Source of the DNA: Epiperipatus broadwayi
Taxonomy: Eukaryota > Animalia > Onychophora
Direction: 5' to 3'
NCBI GenBank assembly: GCA_028023455.1
Contig: JAQFVV010000008.1
Span: forward strand, 5,890,001-5,954,000
Length of the DNA: 64,000 bases
Shown: positions 12,536 through 25,859 of the stretch, piece after piece
How positions within the stretch are numbered: the stretch's first letter is position 1
How the letters are laid out: each line of letters starts with the position of its first letter
The notes under the pieces: generated by a model
Database searches by the model: none
Told to the model about the DNA's origin: nothing
Seen by the model: the letters and a program-made list of their open reading frames with translations, nothing else
Made by a program: the position numbers and the translations under genes

Positions 12536-13368
12536 ATACATTGTCATGAAGATGATATCACTTCCTTAATTAAATCATTTTATTATTTTTATCAATAAAA
12601 CTGATATTTATTCTTATTATTATATAATTATGTGTATCATTTATTTTAGTATATATGGTAAAGTAAGTTATTTATTACTCTATATATTTTATATTTATTT
12701 GGTTTGTGTGTATTTTTATTAGTTACAACTAAAAAAAAAGAATAATAGATAAGATCTCTTTTTAACTTTTCTAGATATAAATCATGATTTTCTCAGAATA
12801 GACAATTTATCAGGAATTCTCATTGATATTTTGTATATACAGAGAAGATATAATCCTCTTCATACTAATATAGCCAAATGAAATATCAATATTTTTATTC
12901 ATTTTTCAGATAAGTATAATTATTAAATTTATTATAGAAAATTTATTCAACATCATGCATGAATAAATTTATTCAGGGATGTTCGTATAGGAGTTATATA
13001 ACAGATATCCATTAGTGTTATATATCCATTCTTGAAAATACTTGTCTATCTTAAACTAAATACTAATATGTATTGGAACCTTACAGATGTTTCTATAAAT
13101 TGGCTATTATAAATTAAAAACTGCAAAAATTCTATTGGCTTTATTTTTGTAGTTAAGCAAATATATTCATCAATGTCATTGATTGTACAGCATATTATGT
13201 TATCATCATTATGTTTAAATCTCTTTCATATTAATGCTTAAGAAAAAATATAATTTGATAAAGTATTTAAAAGAGTTTTTCTGAAGTTTTGTGATGATGG
13301 TATTTTAATTGTATTTATATATTAGACTATTCCTATCATCTAATATTAAGTATTGAATGTCTTTTGAA

Positions 13369-13595
13369 ACATTTAACTTTATTCAAATCTTCCAATTACA
13401 TTAAACTGTTAGTAACAGTGCACAGGTTAGTATATGCACAATGTTTTGAGAGATATTCTTCTTCTCTCTTCTTCAGGTATTTCTGGCCTGTGCTATTACT
13501 AACAGTTGAATGTAATTGGATTATTTAAATAAAGTTAAATTTTTCTAAACACATGCAATACTTAACATTAGATGATGGAAATAGTCCAATATACA
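13369..13595. mobile_element. Family A PLE-end element as a fold-back: minus copy with hammerhead (core 13476-13470) plus inverted partial plus copy
   Basis: Arms 13371-13426 and 13487-13541 are reverse complements. Homologous to 1228-1420 and 20705-20810. Confidence 0.75.
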
Positions 13596-15619
13596 AACAT
13601 ATTTAAAAGTATCTTCTCAAACAGATTTTATGATCAATGCTTATTTAAAAATACATTTGCTTATATTTTTATTATTATTCTTGTTAAGAAACAAAACTAT
13701 AGAATTATATAAACAAACAGAGGTGCTCACACACATAAAGTGAATAATTTAATATATAAATAAATCTAATATTACATAAAAATATTTTAAATGAAAGTAA
13801 TTAAATTTAAAATTACACTTTAGCTTAAGGATAGAACGAATAGTTCTTACATTTTATGTGTGTGCATGCATGTGTAAAAGTTTATGTATTTTAGGTTTAG
13901 CAAAAATTGATTTAGTTTGCTGAGATATTTATTTATTAAAAGGTCAATTTAAATTTAATTGAAATAAATATCTGATAATTATTAAGATTTATGATTATTT
14001 ATTTTAAATAAATGATTGTAACATTATTTTAAACCCAGAAGTAAAAATGAAGCAATTGAAAAAGTTTGAAATTATTTTCTTTCTCTTCATTTTTAAATAT
14101 TGTTTATAACAATTTGCCATGTTGATTCAAAAATCTTGGTGTCTGTCATCTGCTTGATAGTAACCTTGACAACTCCTACCAAATTTTTCCAGAAAAATAA
14201 GGATACCCAATGCATGATGAGAAATATATTGTAATCCAGATGTCAGATGATAACTTATATAAAAACTGAATTTTGTGAAATCCAGACAGTCTATACAAAA
14301 TTTTATTGCATTTAGGGCCTAAGCAGGTTAAAACTTTAAACTAGTCATTTTATCAAACATGGTCAAGTAGATTAACCAGTCTAGGCATTTTTCCTTTTGC
14401 TGGGCAAAATCATTTCTTGTCGTCATATTAAGAAAAAGATGAACAACAATAAATAAACAAATTGACTTACGAACTGCTGTCTAATAACTTTAAAATAAAT
14501 CACCTGACTTTTTCAATTGGAAGTAATATTAAATAGCTGATATTTGGAAAATTATATTTATCAACTTCAAATAGTTTGCTGATATATATTCTCAAAATAT
14601 TGTAAAATAATTGTTCTTTTCATTTCAAAAGTGTCTATTACATCTCAATATTGTGAATTTATTTCATCATGAATAATGAAAAGAAAAACTTTAAGTTATA
14701 ATTTTTAAACTCAAATATATCTCCATAAACTTCATTGCTTGGAGAAACACTGAACTTTAATTCAAAATTAATGAAAATCACTTTGTTTATGATTGATAAC
14801 CTGTTGGCTTAATGGATTAATAAGAGACTTCAAATGAAAGAAGCACTTGATGCTAATTCTTTGGATAAAAATTATCTTTTTTTTTTTTCAAATGGATTAA
14901 ATTGCTTTGTATAATACAGTATGAATTTGTCTCCAGTGCTTAACAAAATGCATTAAGGATTATCAATGCTAAATATTTAAATATCTTTAAATGGATAATG
15001 GATTATGAATGCTAAATATTTAAATGTCATTCATGGATTATGAATTATCAAGATAAATATTAAATGTGATAAGTATCGAATTTATAAGCAATCCTTAAAT
15101 ATATTAATGTAGTGGATGTAATTTATTTTGGATTAATAAGTATGCTAAATAAATTGATTAATCTTTACATTGCTTTCCAGAAATGATTATATTACTAAAA
15201 AAGAAATTAATTGTGCTTTATCATCTTGAATGCTGTTATTTTGTGAATTCCCAAAAAACATTGGAATATGCTTAAGTATTAATGTTTCATTGGGATAAAA
15301 TTTTGAAATTATTATAACCATTGAAGTATAAACTAATGGATTATTTAATGAACTTTATTATAATTGCTTTTTCTTAGTTAATTAATATTGTTATTGTTAA
15401 TGTAATAAAGAATCGTACAGTTTTTCAGATATTATTATATGAATGTACAAGTAATATTTTGGTAATATTTTTATTTAATATTATTATTGGTGATACTGAA
15501 TAGGATTAAATGTGATTTACCTTATGTTTAGGTTGTATAATACAAGTAACTTTTAAACATATATAAAACTATGCTATATTGCAATTATTATATGTCTTAT
15601 GGGTTCTTAGCTTTAACCT

Positions 15620-15960
15620 CAAAGTTAAATGGAGTTAATAATCATCATTATTTATCCGAGTAAATCTGTAAGGAATATTTTAGTATCCCTCATATATTAG
15701 TATGAATTTTTCAAATGTTATATAGTATGTAATAATGCATCCAGATGATCTAGTTATAATATGTTAGTGGTCTCACTCTTAATGTTTAAGCCAGCAAATG
15801 AATTCAGTAAAGCATCTTGAGGCAAAATAAATAAATCCTACGACTTTGTCATAAATATAATTTAGGTAGCTAAGCAATAATTACACTTTGTCCTTTTAAT
15901 AGAGTGAAAACTTCTCCAGCATTATTAAGTGAGGTTGATTAATGATTAATTAGTTATGGA
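15620..15960 (-). mobile_element. Highly decayed GIY-YIG/PLE-like fragment
   Basis: Scattered remnants only (IYFASRC, KSETT, L.TP.N-like). Confidence 0.3.
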
Positions 15961-17171
15961 AACAAACCAATTAGAAGCAACATAAAGCATTTATCTTTTA
16001 TTATGATGATGATAATTATTATCCTCCCGTATTTCAATTGAGGATTATTTTAAAATAATAAGCAATCTATTCCTATTTTAATATTAGTGTTTTCATAACA
16101 CTATATGATAATACATTTTTCATATCATAAGTTTTAATTAAACTTAGGAAACATATATTAATATTTATTACATATTTTATATAATTTTCTTTAATATTAT
16201 TCTTATTTTATTATTTATTTCATATTGTATAATAATGCAATTGTTAATTTTTTAATACATCTCTTTTGTCGTTATTAAAGAAGCATTGTCACTGGATATT
16301 TACGACTATAAAGGTCATTTATAGGATATTAAATTACGCATAAATTTATTTGAATTTAAATACATCATTATTGTTATTAATGTTATCTGAAAAAGATGAT
16401 ATACATAAAATCCCTTTTATACTATCATATCCTAAGATGAGTAAATACAGTTTACATCTATACATTTATTTTCTTACTTCATACAACTATGAAATAAATC
16501 ATTAGTCAATTTTATATTTAAAATTACTAACCTTAGTTTATTTACAACAGGGATTAAGTTACCCGTAATTAGTTCTTATAGAAAGAAACAATATTTGCTA
16601 AGATTTTCATTAAAATGTAATAAAATTAAAAGAGTGTACATATCATTGAATAACCCGGAGAAATTTATTTATAATTTTATTAAATTTGAATCTATTATTA
16701 AAATATAATTTTAGCTTATACGGAAATATAAAATCTGTATGTATTATAGTGAATTATGATAATGATAGACGCACTTCCAAATTATTGACACTGCGGTCTA
16801 ACCGACTCTTTTATAAGAGCGTAAGGTCTTTCGTTATTTTTTAGTTTCAATATATATATAAGAAAAGGATTTTCATCTGTATATTACTATAACTTTCTTT
16901 ATTAGTTATATTTATTATTAGAATGTTTGAATTAGACAAATTATTATCTTATACTCGTTAGCAAGCAAATTATAAGCTTGAGCTTGATATGAATTTAAAA
17001 GTGTTTTATTTTAACATGATTTATTATCTAACGTTCAACCATGTGTTAGTTTAAATATTTGTAAAATCTATATTTGTGTTAATTTAAATACACACGTAAA
17101 CTATAAGATATATAAATACTATTTCTATATTAAATAGACAATCACCGTCTTAACAAGTGATAAATTTTATA

Positions 17172-17216
17172 CGCAAACGCTTTCGAAGGTCTAATAAGCC
17201 TTCATTTTCAAGAAGT
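17172..17216 (-). ncRNA. Hammerhead motif with U3-A8 core variant
   Basis: TTGAAAA-t-gaagg(cttattaga)ccttc-GAAA-gcgt-TT. Stem I is poor. Confidence 0.5.
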
Positions 17217-17366
17217 AGCTGGAATAAAATATGCAAATTAGGGTGGACTAGATTTTCGTTGACTTAGATTTGCCACTTCCATTATAAAAAGAGAATTATA
17301 ATTTCGCAAATGGTTATAATCTTGAAATTTAAGAATCATATATTGTAATTTATCTATATTTATATT

Positions 17367-17663
17367 TAATTAGAGGGGTTTGAACTCGGATTTTTTAGTC
17401 TATTCTTCTTCCACTTCATCTTAAGCAATACACATGACCACATACATGTGAAAAAGATACATAAATCCCAATATATGTATTTCGTGCAGAACCAGCACTC
17501 ATCAGTTGGGTCAGATCATAATCTTCCACACATATATACACAATATATGTAGATTTGAGATCATGTATCTTTTACACATGTATGTGGTCATTTGTATTGG
17601 TTGCTTGAAATGGAGTAGAAAATGAATAGTCTGAAAAATTCTAAATTCAAATCCTTCTAATTA
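17367..17663. repeat. Inverted repeat (arms ~17367-17485 and ~17540-17663) of family B around the hammerhead, with B-box-like gagttcaaaccc
   Basis: Arms align as reverse complements at roughly 75-80% by eye. Homologue at 56620-56790. Confidence 0.75.
17467..17510 (-). ncRNA. Minimal type I hammerhead with intact canonical core, family B copy 1
   Basis: cccaa-CTGATGA-gtgc(tggttct)gcac-GAAA-tacata-TA-ttggg: 5-bp stem I, 4-bp stem II, near-palindromic helix III and an AUA cleavage triplet. Confidence 0.82.
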
Positions 17664-18181
17664 CATACATAGGAAATATTCAGTACAGTATAAGCAAATT
17701 ACATACAGGTTTAGAATTATATATTATATTATACCGTAACATAATGTTTTCAAAATTAATTTAATTATAATTTGTAAATATATTTATAATCCAATAAAAA
17801 ATTAATTTGTAAGAAATCAGTGTTTATTTAATTTTTATGTCTCGCCTAGATAGTCCATTCTCTCCCATTGTTTTTGGCATCTGTGGGTTTGTTGATTTAT
17901 TTAAACTATATTATACCTACTTAATCAGATTTGTAGAGTTATTAAATGCAGATTAAATAGTGTTGCTAGCCTATAATCATTAATTGAATATTAGTTTATG
18001 AATATTTTCCAGAAAGTATACTATTACAATTTATATATATATATACGTGTGCGTGCATGGATATATATAATTAATCATCTGTAATTTTATGAAAAGCAAA
18101 TAATCATATTTAATGAACTTCGCTGTTATATAATACTTTTTTTTAAACGTGGTTTTATATTAAATGTATATATTATTTTAG

Positions 18182-18322
18182 TTCTTCTTATTCTTGCATC
18201 CCAGCGGATAGAATCATTAATAAATATAAACAGTTCAGATGGTAGTAGTAGCGGCCCAAAGAATGAAAGAAGAGGACCACCCCCAACAGTAATTGAGTGG
18301 ATGATTATGACATGGATAGCAG
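18182..18322 (+). CDS. TRPC-family (Trp-gamma-like) channel, internal exon A: LLILASQRIESLININSSDGSSSGPKNERRGPPPTVIEWMIMTWIA(G)
   Basis: Acceptor ttttag ends at 18181 and donor gtaaaa starts at 18323. Phase 1 at both ends. LLILASQRIE and RGPPPT.IEW match the TRPC S1-S2 region, and the frame joins exon B (G|GG = Gly). Confidence 0.92.
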
Positions 18323-18479
18323 GTAAAAAAAAATATTATGAAAACATATATGTACTTGCTTTACTATTTAATTTAAATGTTTAATTAAAATTAATTTTAA
18401 TATGATAGAATAAAATATGAAATACAATTTTAAAATGTATTTAACTTTCTCTCAACAAGTCAATCTTCGCGTGACTTCT

Positions 18480-18640
18480 GATTACAAACAGAGCCATCTC
18501 TAGGCATAGCAAAACAAACAATTGTTTGGAGTGGAGCAATGTGATGGATGACATTAAAATATTGATACTAACAAAGAAATAAATTTGAAAGATTTTCTGG
18601 TAAGATAGTGAAATAAAAGCAAATTTCATATCATACAACT
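18480..18640 (+). mobile_element. Possible PLE endonuclease C-terminal remnant
   Basis: AISRHSKTNNCLEWSNV...IKIL resembles the SA..H...IL segment of PLE GIY-YIG proteins. Confidence 0.35.
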
Positions 18641-18974
18641 GAAACATAGAAACGAAAGCTGCACATCAGCACACATTCTAAGTGATATAAACCTAATATG
18701 TAATTTTTTATCTTGTGTTCCTGTTAATAAATTAAGTGTAAGCTATTAGGATATGGCAACAGAAAAGTTTACTCTAGAAAGAAACTTGAGAGAATCCTGA
18801 ATTACAACATATAATAAATTATCTATAAATAACGTGTTTCATTGTTTGGCATGTATAATCAATAACCATAAACAGTAATCTGATATTAGTTGAGTTTTAA
18901 ATTTGATTTTAATACATTTTGTATATTAGTTTGCTTTGTTCATTGCTATGTTTACAAGTAACTTTACATATGTA

Positions 18975-19865
18975 TAAGGAAAGACAACCAAATATTATAA
19001 ATGATTTAAAAGAAGTTCAATCTAGCATATAAAGATATTGGTTAATGATTAATATTCAAAAAAACGTATGCTTTTTTTTCAGCTCATAATGAAAGAAAAA
19101 ATTTTCAGCAATTTTTATTTTGGATGGTTATCAGTTTGAAAATGTGAGTTACTTTAAATATCATGTTAGTTTTTTAGTATAAAAATGGACTTAGATATTT
19201 AGATGGAACACAGTCATCAATATACTACTACAACTTTTAATATAGTATTTTGCCATTAGAAAAGGACTACTAAAACTAAATTAGCTGCAAATAGAACTAT
19301 TATTTTGCTTAATTCATTGTAATGAAGTGAAATCTGGACTCCCTATAAATGCAATCCAAAGGCATTAAAATTTTTTTATTTAAAAGTGTTCTATAAAATT
19401 TCTAAAATATGATGGCAAGATTATACGATCAATCAACATGTTCCTCAACTTTATGGATGTGATAAAGTCCATTATTGTAAAATCACACCTTCATTGGATA
19501 GGATATGTGAAATGAATAAACTGTAAATGACTTTCTAAAAATATACTTTATAATAAATTTGAGCATAGTTTTCATAGCAAAGGCAGACACTATTTTTTTT
19601 TATAAAGATTATCTCAAAAACATTCTAAAAAAGTGTTATATTGAAGGTTTCATTAGAAGATATAGCTGAAGATAGAACACAATGGAGTGCTGCAATTAGA
19701 CAAGATAATAAAATCTTTTAGAAAGAAAATCTGTTTGCAGATGAAATAAAAGACAGTGTCTTAAAATATCAGTTAAATACTATAATGAATCACTAAATTC
19801 TCTAAATGGTTTTATTTGTGCTTCGTGTATTGCTTTAGAAAGTCATCACAAAGTTTGTCTATAGT
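18975..19865 (+). mobile_element. RTE (BovB-like) LINE 3' fragment, decayed
   Basis: Remnants ENV..FKY, HWIGYV, DIAEDRTQWSAAI and the terminal C.S.I.L.SH..C motif. Confidence 0.75.
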
Positions 19866-19920
19866 GGATTTTTTTGGATTTTTTTCTCTTAGAGTTTGAA
19901 TGACCAGAGTCTTCATATAA

Positions 19921-20486
19921 TATTGCCACTCAGTGCAAGCCAGAGAAATCAATGGATGCCAGAAGGCTTGTGTATAAAATCCTCATCTAGTGCCTACTCA
20001 TCCAATATCTCCAGACGAGTTTTTGGCTTGTGACCTTTGTCAGTGAGGAGTCTTGGATCTGAGAGCACTGCATCTAGATCTTAGGATCTAATGCAACCCT
20101 CCAGCAGCCATCTTTTATCTCTACTTAACTACAAAACTATGAGTTTTAAATTGAAAACACAATAATATTTTCAATCCAAGCTCATTAGCTAATATAGTCA
20201 TATAGGTCTGAACTCAGTTCAGTACCTATACATTTTGGTGTCTTTGTTTTTTTTAATAACCATAGCCATCACTATCCTATTAGGAGGATTGGTTTTAAGC
20301 CAATAAACATCGCACAATCACCATTTGTTATGCTTGCTTGTAACTGTTATTAAAACAGGCAAAACTCTCCATAGAGTATTGCCACTCAGTGCAAGGCAGA
20401 GTACTCAATGGATGGCAGAAGGCTTGCACATAAAATCCCCATCTAGTGCCTACTCATCCAATATCCCCAGACTAGTTTCCAGCTTG
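19921..20486 (+). repeat. Two ~110-bp direct repeats (19921-20030 and 20377-20486) of an unclassified repeat; third copy on the minus strand at ~55660-55760
   Basis: tattgccactcagtgcaag...catctagtgcctactcatccaatatc is shared at roughly 85% identity. Confidence 0.75.
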
Positions 20487-20602
20487 GGGCAAGCATAAGA
20501 AATGGTGATCGTGTGATGTTTAATGGCCATATTCATTGGCTAGTGATTATAACTTATGAATTTAGCATTTAAATTGATATTTTTATTAATTTTTAATAGT
20601 TT

Positions 20603-20810
20603 ACCTTTAACAGGAAGGCTCAGATGGTTAAAGCATTACTTTAAAATTTAATATTCAAAAATCTAAGGGTCCAAGTTTGATTCCCATGCTAGTACTGTCA
20701 CAGATCAGGCCAGCAACACTTGAAGAAAAGAGAACAATACCTCTCGAAATGTTATCCATATACTAAACTGTGTACAATTACTAACAGTTGAATGTACTTT
20801 GAAAATTTAA
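20603..20810 (+). mobile_element. Family A copy 2: tRNA-Phe-like head (20609-20700) plus hammerhead (core 20720-20749; C3U and G10.1A lesions)
   Basis: Collinear with 1123-1350: gctcagatggttaaagc, the same 14-nt insertion, aatctaagggtcc, agtttgattccc, then TTGAAGA...ctctcGAAA. Confidence 0.75.
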
Positions 20811-21749
20811 TCTTTAATGGTTAGTTTTAATTTAATATTAGTGATAATTGTGAGACAAAGATGCAAAGAGGTCTCTAGACATTTTAAGTAAATTTCGTTC
20901 TGCTTTAAAGTTCTGTTTGTTTATAAATATGCACATGATTTAAATGTGAAAAAGTCAATATAATAGAGAAATGAAGCTGATTAAAAAAAAATTAATAAAT
21001 GTCACTAAACTATATATATGCACATATGATTAAATGCTATGGCAAATTACTATTGATGGTGATAAAGGGATATATCTAAAATGTAGTTTATTACTTTGAC
21101 TCTGAGCAGGAAATTCTATTTAATACATATTAAAATAAATGTTTCGAGAGATTTAAAGAAAATAGTAAAAAGAATAATTTGAACTTTAAACTTTGTATGA
21201 CACATTTCAAGCTAGAAGTTAAATTAAGTCACAAAAGTAAGAGTACAATGCTTTACTGAAGCTTAAAAGTATTAGGTGATAGGTAAAACAAGAAGTAAGA
21301 ACATTATAATCTTGTCTTCAAGACAGAATTAAAAGATTAAGAATTTTGTTTTAAAAATGACTAAAAAAAAACAGAAAATTATAACAATAATACTTCTCCT
21401 TCACATCAAAGAATTAATAAAGCTTTTAAGAAAATGACTATATATATTTAATATAAAAATGAGTTTACATTTACTATTATTTTTAAAACTAATCAATTTA
21501 TAAAAGAAAATTGATATAGGCAATTCAGTATAAATAAAACATTTAATACTTCAGTTCAGCTTTCATTCGTTATTGAAAAGTTATCAAGATGCTTCTGTTT
21601 TCATAATCACATGATCAGCTATTCTACAGCAACTCCATCCAGTGGGCATTATTTATATTACATTACAATAAATATAATTAATAAAATACATACATATACA
21701 TAAAAGTGATGAAACTTATTACAGTGCTTTTTTAAATATATATATTGAG

Positions 21750-22010
21750 GCTGGCAAGAATTATCCATACTGCATGTTGCTGAAAAACCAAATATCTGAT
21801 TGAAACCATCTGACATTGGCATACCCATCACTTATGGAGGACAGGACATACATTTCAGTGATTCCATTGTTGTCCCACCCATCATAGGAGAACAAGGCAT
21901 ACCCTGACCAAAGCCTTGATAATTTTTCATTGTGGGAGGACAATTTATGTTGCCACAATTCACTGGACCTGCTGGATAAAGTACATGAGAAAAAGTTTTT
22001 TATATATTAT
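21750..22010 (-). mobile_element. RT fragment of a LINE (RTE-like)
   Basis: Minus-strand GFGQGMPCSPM (G.RQG..LSP) followed by GYAN (YADD remnant); locally higher GC. Confidence 0.5.
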
Positions 22011-22809
22011 CTGAATGGCTGTTAAATTAAATTAAATGCTACATTTAGAAAAAAAGAAGAAAAGCCTTAATTAACATTAATTTTTGAGGCTTTCTTGTAT
22101 TATGTTTTCATTTTTATATCTGTACATTTTTATTGCTCGTGATTACATATATAATATTTCTTCTAAATGATTTATCATTTCAATGGCTCTTCAGGCTATC
22201 TGAGTATGCATTTATTAATATAGTAATAGGGTCCATCTACATCATTGCCTATCACCAATAGTATAACTATTGTAAAATAAACCAAAGCAATATATATGAG
22301 CTCCCTGGGTTTTAAGGGCTATTTTGTTTTATATGTGGATATAGTTAAAGAGTGTTAAGGTATGCATTAAAATTATTAAAAGAGATTTTTTTTTTGGAAT
22401 TATGTGTAGAATCCAAAAATTTTAACTATTTCACTGATGGTCATTCTCTTTTTCTTTCACTACCAGACTTTCAATGTTATCTTTGGTTCTAAGAAATAAT
22501 TAAATAATTAAGGCCAGATTTTATCAAGTAATTACTTATTCCTTTTTTTCTTTATTTTGTTATTTTAAAAAATGTATAATTGCAGAAAAAAATTTTGAGA
22601 AAGAAAATTTAAAAAAAAAAAAATTTATATTTTAAGTTATTGTATATCCATTTACAATTCCTACACTGGAAATATTTATATTTAAATTCAAAATTGAACT
22701 TAAGCAAATTTTAATTACAGTTGAACATTAAATGTCCAATATTAAACTTATTGAACAATATATATTACACTTATAATTAAACACCATACAAATAAAGACT
22801 TTAATAGAA

Positions 22810-24190
22810 GGAGTGCACTACTTCAATACAGCAAAATTGCTAAATCAATGGCTTATCGATAGTGTAGGATTTAGCATTTACACGATCAAATCCTCATTTG
22901 AGTTTGTGGAGAAAATTAAGAATGCAACTTTGGAACCGAATTTCAAAATAGCAGTGTTGGATATTACAGAGCTGTAAGATATTACAGAGCTCTATAGCTC
23001 CATCAACTGGAAACAGTCTGCTAATTTAATTAAAACCGAATTAATACCCAATAATTCTCCATGAACATGTATTAATTTCATTGCGGAATTTCTAACATGG
23101 CTCAATGATAATATTATAGCAGAGTTTGATCGCAAAGGTGTCCTTATAAAAGATAGATGGCATATGGGTATGCCAATGAGCAGAAACATTTCCAGCATTT
23201 TTTATTAATCATTATGAGAAAAATTTTTTACCGAAACATTAGACCGCAGAACTGGGTATTGTAGACACATGCTATGTAGATGATTTGTTTATACCCACAC
23301 CAGAGAACATAATCTTAAGAATTCAGAATGAACTCCAGGCACACACAAAGTTAATACTGAATGGGGTGTGGGAGTATGAAAAGCAAGAAGTAAGCTACTT
23401 GGATATAAAGTGCAAAGAGATGTGATATAACTAAACTGCTGCATGATTATTATGCCACTTGAAATATGAGGCTACACCCACCCGAATTCGAAGTCTCCAA
23501 GAGCACATAAATTGATAGGCTTGGCAGCATTCCTATTTAGAAACCATCATCTCTGCAAATTCAAATCAGACAGAAAAACAATTTAACTGATTACCTGAAA
23601 GACCTGATAAATGTTGGATTTAAAGATGGAGCCACTAACAGGAAAATCAAACAATTTTATAACAAGCTAAGAACTAATCCAGCCAAAGAGGATAAACTGC
23701 ATATGCTTAAAAAATTCATTAAAATACTCTCATTAGATTTCAATTTAAGCTTTTATACACCACCTGCCACTAATAGACTAATCAATAATTCAAAAGACAA
23801 AATCGCACCTGACCAAATCCCTCAGGCTGTTTACAAATGAACATGCCCTCATAATGGCTGCAATGCAGCATATTATGGGGAAACACAAGGCGCAATTGCT
23901 ACCATAATATTGCCACATTGAGACTTATATTACAGGGCAAGAATCAAATGTGAGTGTAGATCAATATTTTTAGAACATCAAAGGTTCACAGGCCACATAT
24001 TTGAACCTACAATGGTTGAAATGGTTTGCACTGAGTGCAATGATACCAAGTACAAGATAAAAAAAGTCTTGCTTTATAGCAGAAGATCCCAATTTGCATA
24101 CATCTCTATTAGACAAGCTAATAACAAACATTATTATTATAAGCTATGAATATGGAAGCATGAAGTTCCCAAAAGTACTAAGCAAGTATA
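22810..24190 (+). mobile_element. Penelope-like element 2, decayed RT plus GIY-YIG, with 3' hammerhead variant
   Basis: IKSSFEFVEKI..LDITELY, MGMPMS..ISSIF, CYVDDLF and AVYK.TCPHNGCNAAYYGET. Confidence 0.85.
24141..24185 (+). ncRNA. Hammerhead A3-U8 variant (G12A lesion)
   Basis: gct-ATGAATA-t-ggaa(gcatgaag)ttcc-c-AAAA-gtac-TA-agc, with helix III palindrome AGTACT. Confidence 0.6.
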
Positions 24191-25859
24191 AACTTTTAAT
24201 ATAGCTTCATGGATGTGCATTTCAAGTGCAATATATAGCTTATGTAAAATCAATAGATCTCAGATGGTAGTATTTAGTTGTTCACTAATCAGTGATGTCC
24301 TATTCATATCACCATGCCAGTTTCTATCTTTCATCATTGAAAAATTTTAATCTAGATTTTTTTTAAACCTAATTCACTTTATTTACTTTTTTTTTACTAT
24401 CAAATTATCAGCTAAAATTCAAAAATGTCATAATATTTTGAATACATGCCAACTTCATTAATACCAGCTAAGAATTTATAAATTTTGGTATTATCAGTTT
24501 TTTAGTAACTGTACACATATCTATGCTTTATCAGAATTGTTATAATATCAATAAAACGGTACATGATTTCTGCCTATATAATATTTTTAAGCATTAAATT
24601 CATTTCTTCTGCTCTAGTTCCATCATTTTGTGTAAACCTGAGAAAATTATGGATATTAAATGATAAATTTAATAAGTTCTTATCTTGATGTGATGTCAGA
24701 CCAATATAACAATGCAAACAAATTTATTTCCATACAAAACATTAAGATGTTTTTGAATTTCAGGTTGATTGCTTAATAATAAAGATGGAGTAAATGATAA
24801 CTGCTGGAGGAGAGATACCTTAGATACAAAAAAAAATTCAAATTCACTTGATCCCAGATTCAAAATTCCTCTCTGATGAAATGCATAAGGTAGAAATTAG
24901 TTTGGCAATATAAATAGGATAGCTCTATATAGAAATTTATTAAAAATTACCATCTGATATCTATTAATTACTAAAGCTTACACAAAATGGTAGAATTAGA
25001 ATAGGTAAAATAAATTTCTTACTTAGGTTGTTTGATATTTTGTTGGTATGATATATATAAATGTAGTGAATTAAAGTTAAGTCTTAATGATAAAGTTTTA
25101 TCATTAAATTTTGCCATGTAATTTTCAGATGTTATTTGATTCAATTGATGCAAAAAGTATTAAATATAAAATTTAGATTATTTTCATTTTATTATTACTG
25201 GAATGTAACTTACTACCAATTAAAATGTTGTGAGAATTCCATTTAGAACAAGAATTTAAAACTTCTTTTCTATACTAAAGTTTCTTCTATAGAGACAAAA
25301 AATGTTTCATTTCAAAGATTAATGACATTTTTTTTTAATTCTATAAAATTAGACATTTTTAAAATAAAATAAACTTTATTAATTACAAATTATGAATATT
25401 ATTAACATATGTACAGGGGGAATTTTTTTTATATGACATAAGATGCATGCCTTATAAAATATAGTTATTATAATTAGTGTCTGAGGCAGATACAATAATC
25501 AGTTTTACTAAAAAAAATATTGTTCTGCCAAATTTTTCTCATAGTATTTCTGGGTATATATTTCAGAGAATATACATATATATCATTTTTTATTTTTTTT
25601 AGAACATTATATTTTTGTTATTGAAAATTACAGAACTGTGAACAAGCCACATGGTTCTAATAGTGTGAATAATAACTATGGCATTATATGGATTAAAATT
25701 TTTAATATTTTTCCCAAGTATTTCTTTTAGATTAATTATTTGCTTATGGAATACAAAGTGTCATAAAAATAAGAAGTATGAACATGTTTTTAAAATGTTT
25801 ATCATATCTTCTGAGTAACTATTACATAAGATAAATATGGGATCCAGATTTAAATTAAA

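Noticed and set aside
22170-22200. Minus-strand CTGAAGA...GAAA with a neat helix III
   Set aside because: No stem II and no stem I.
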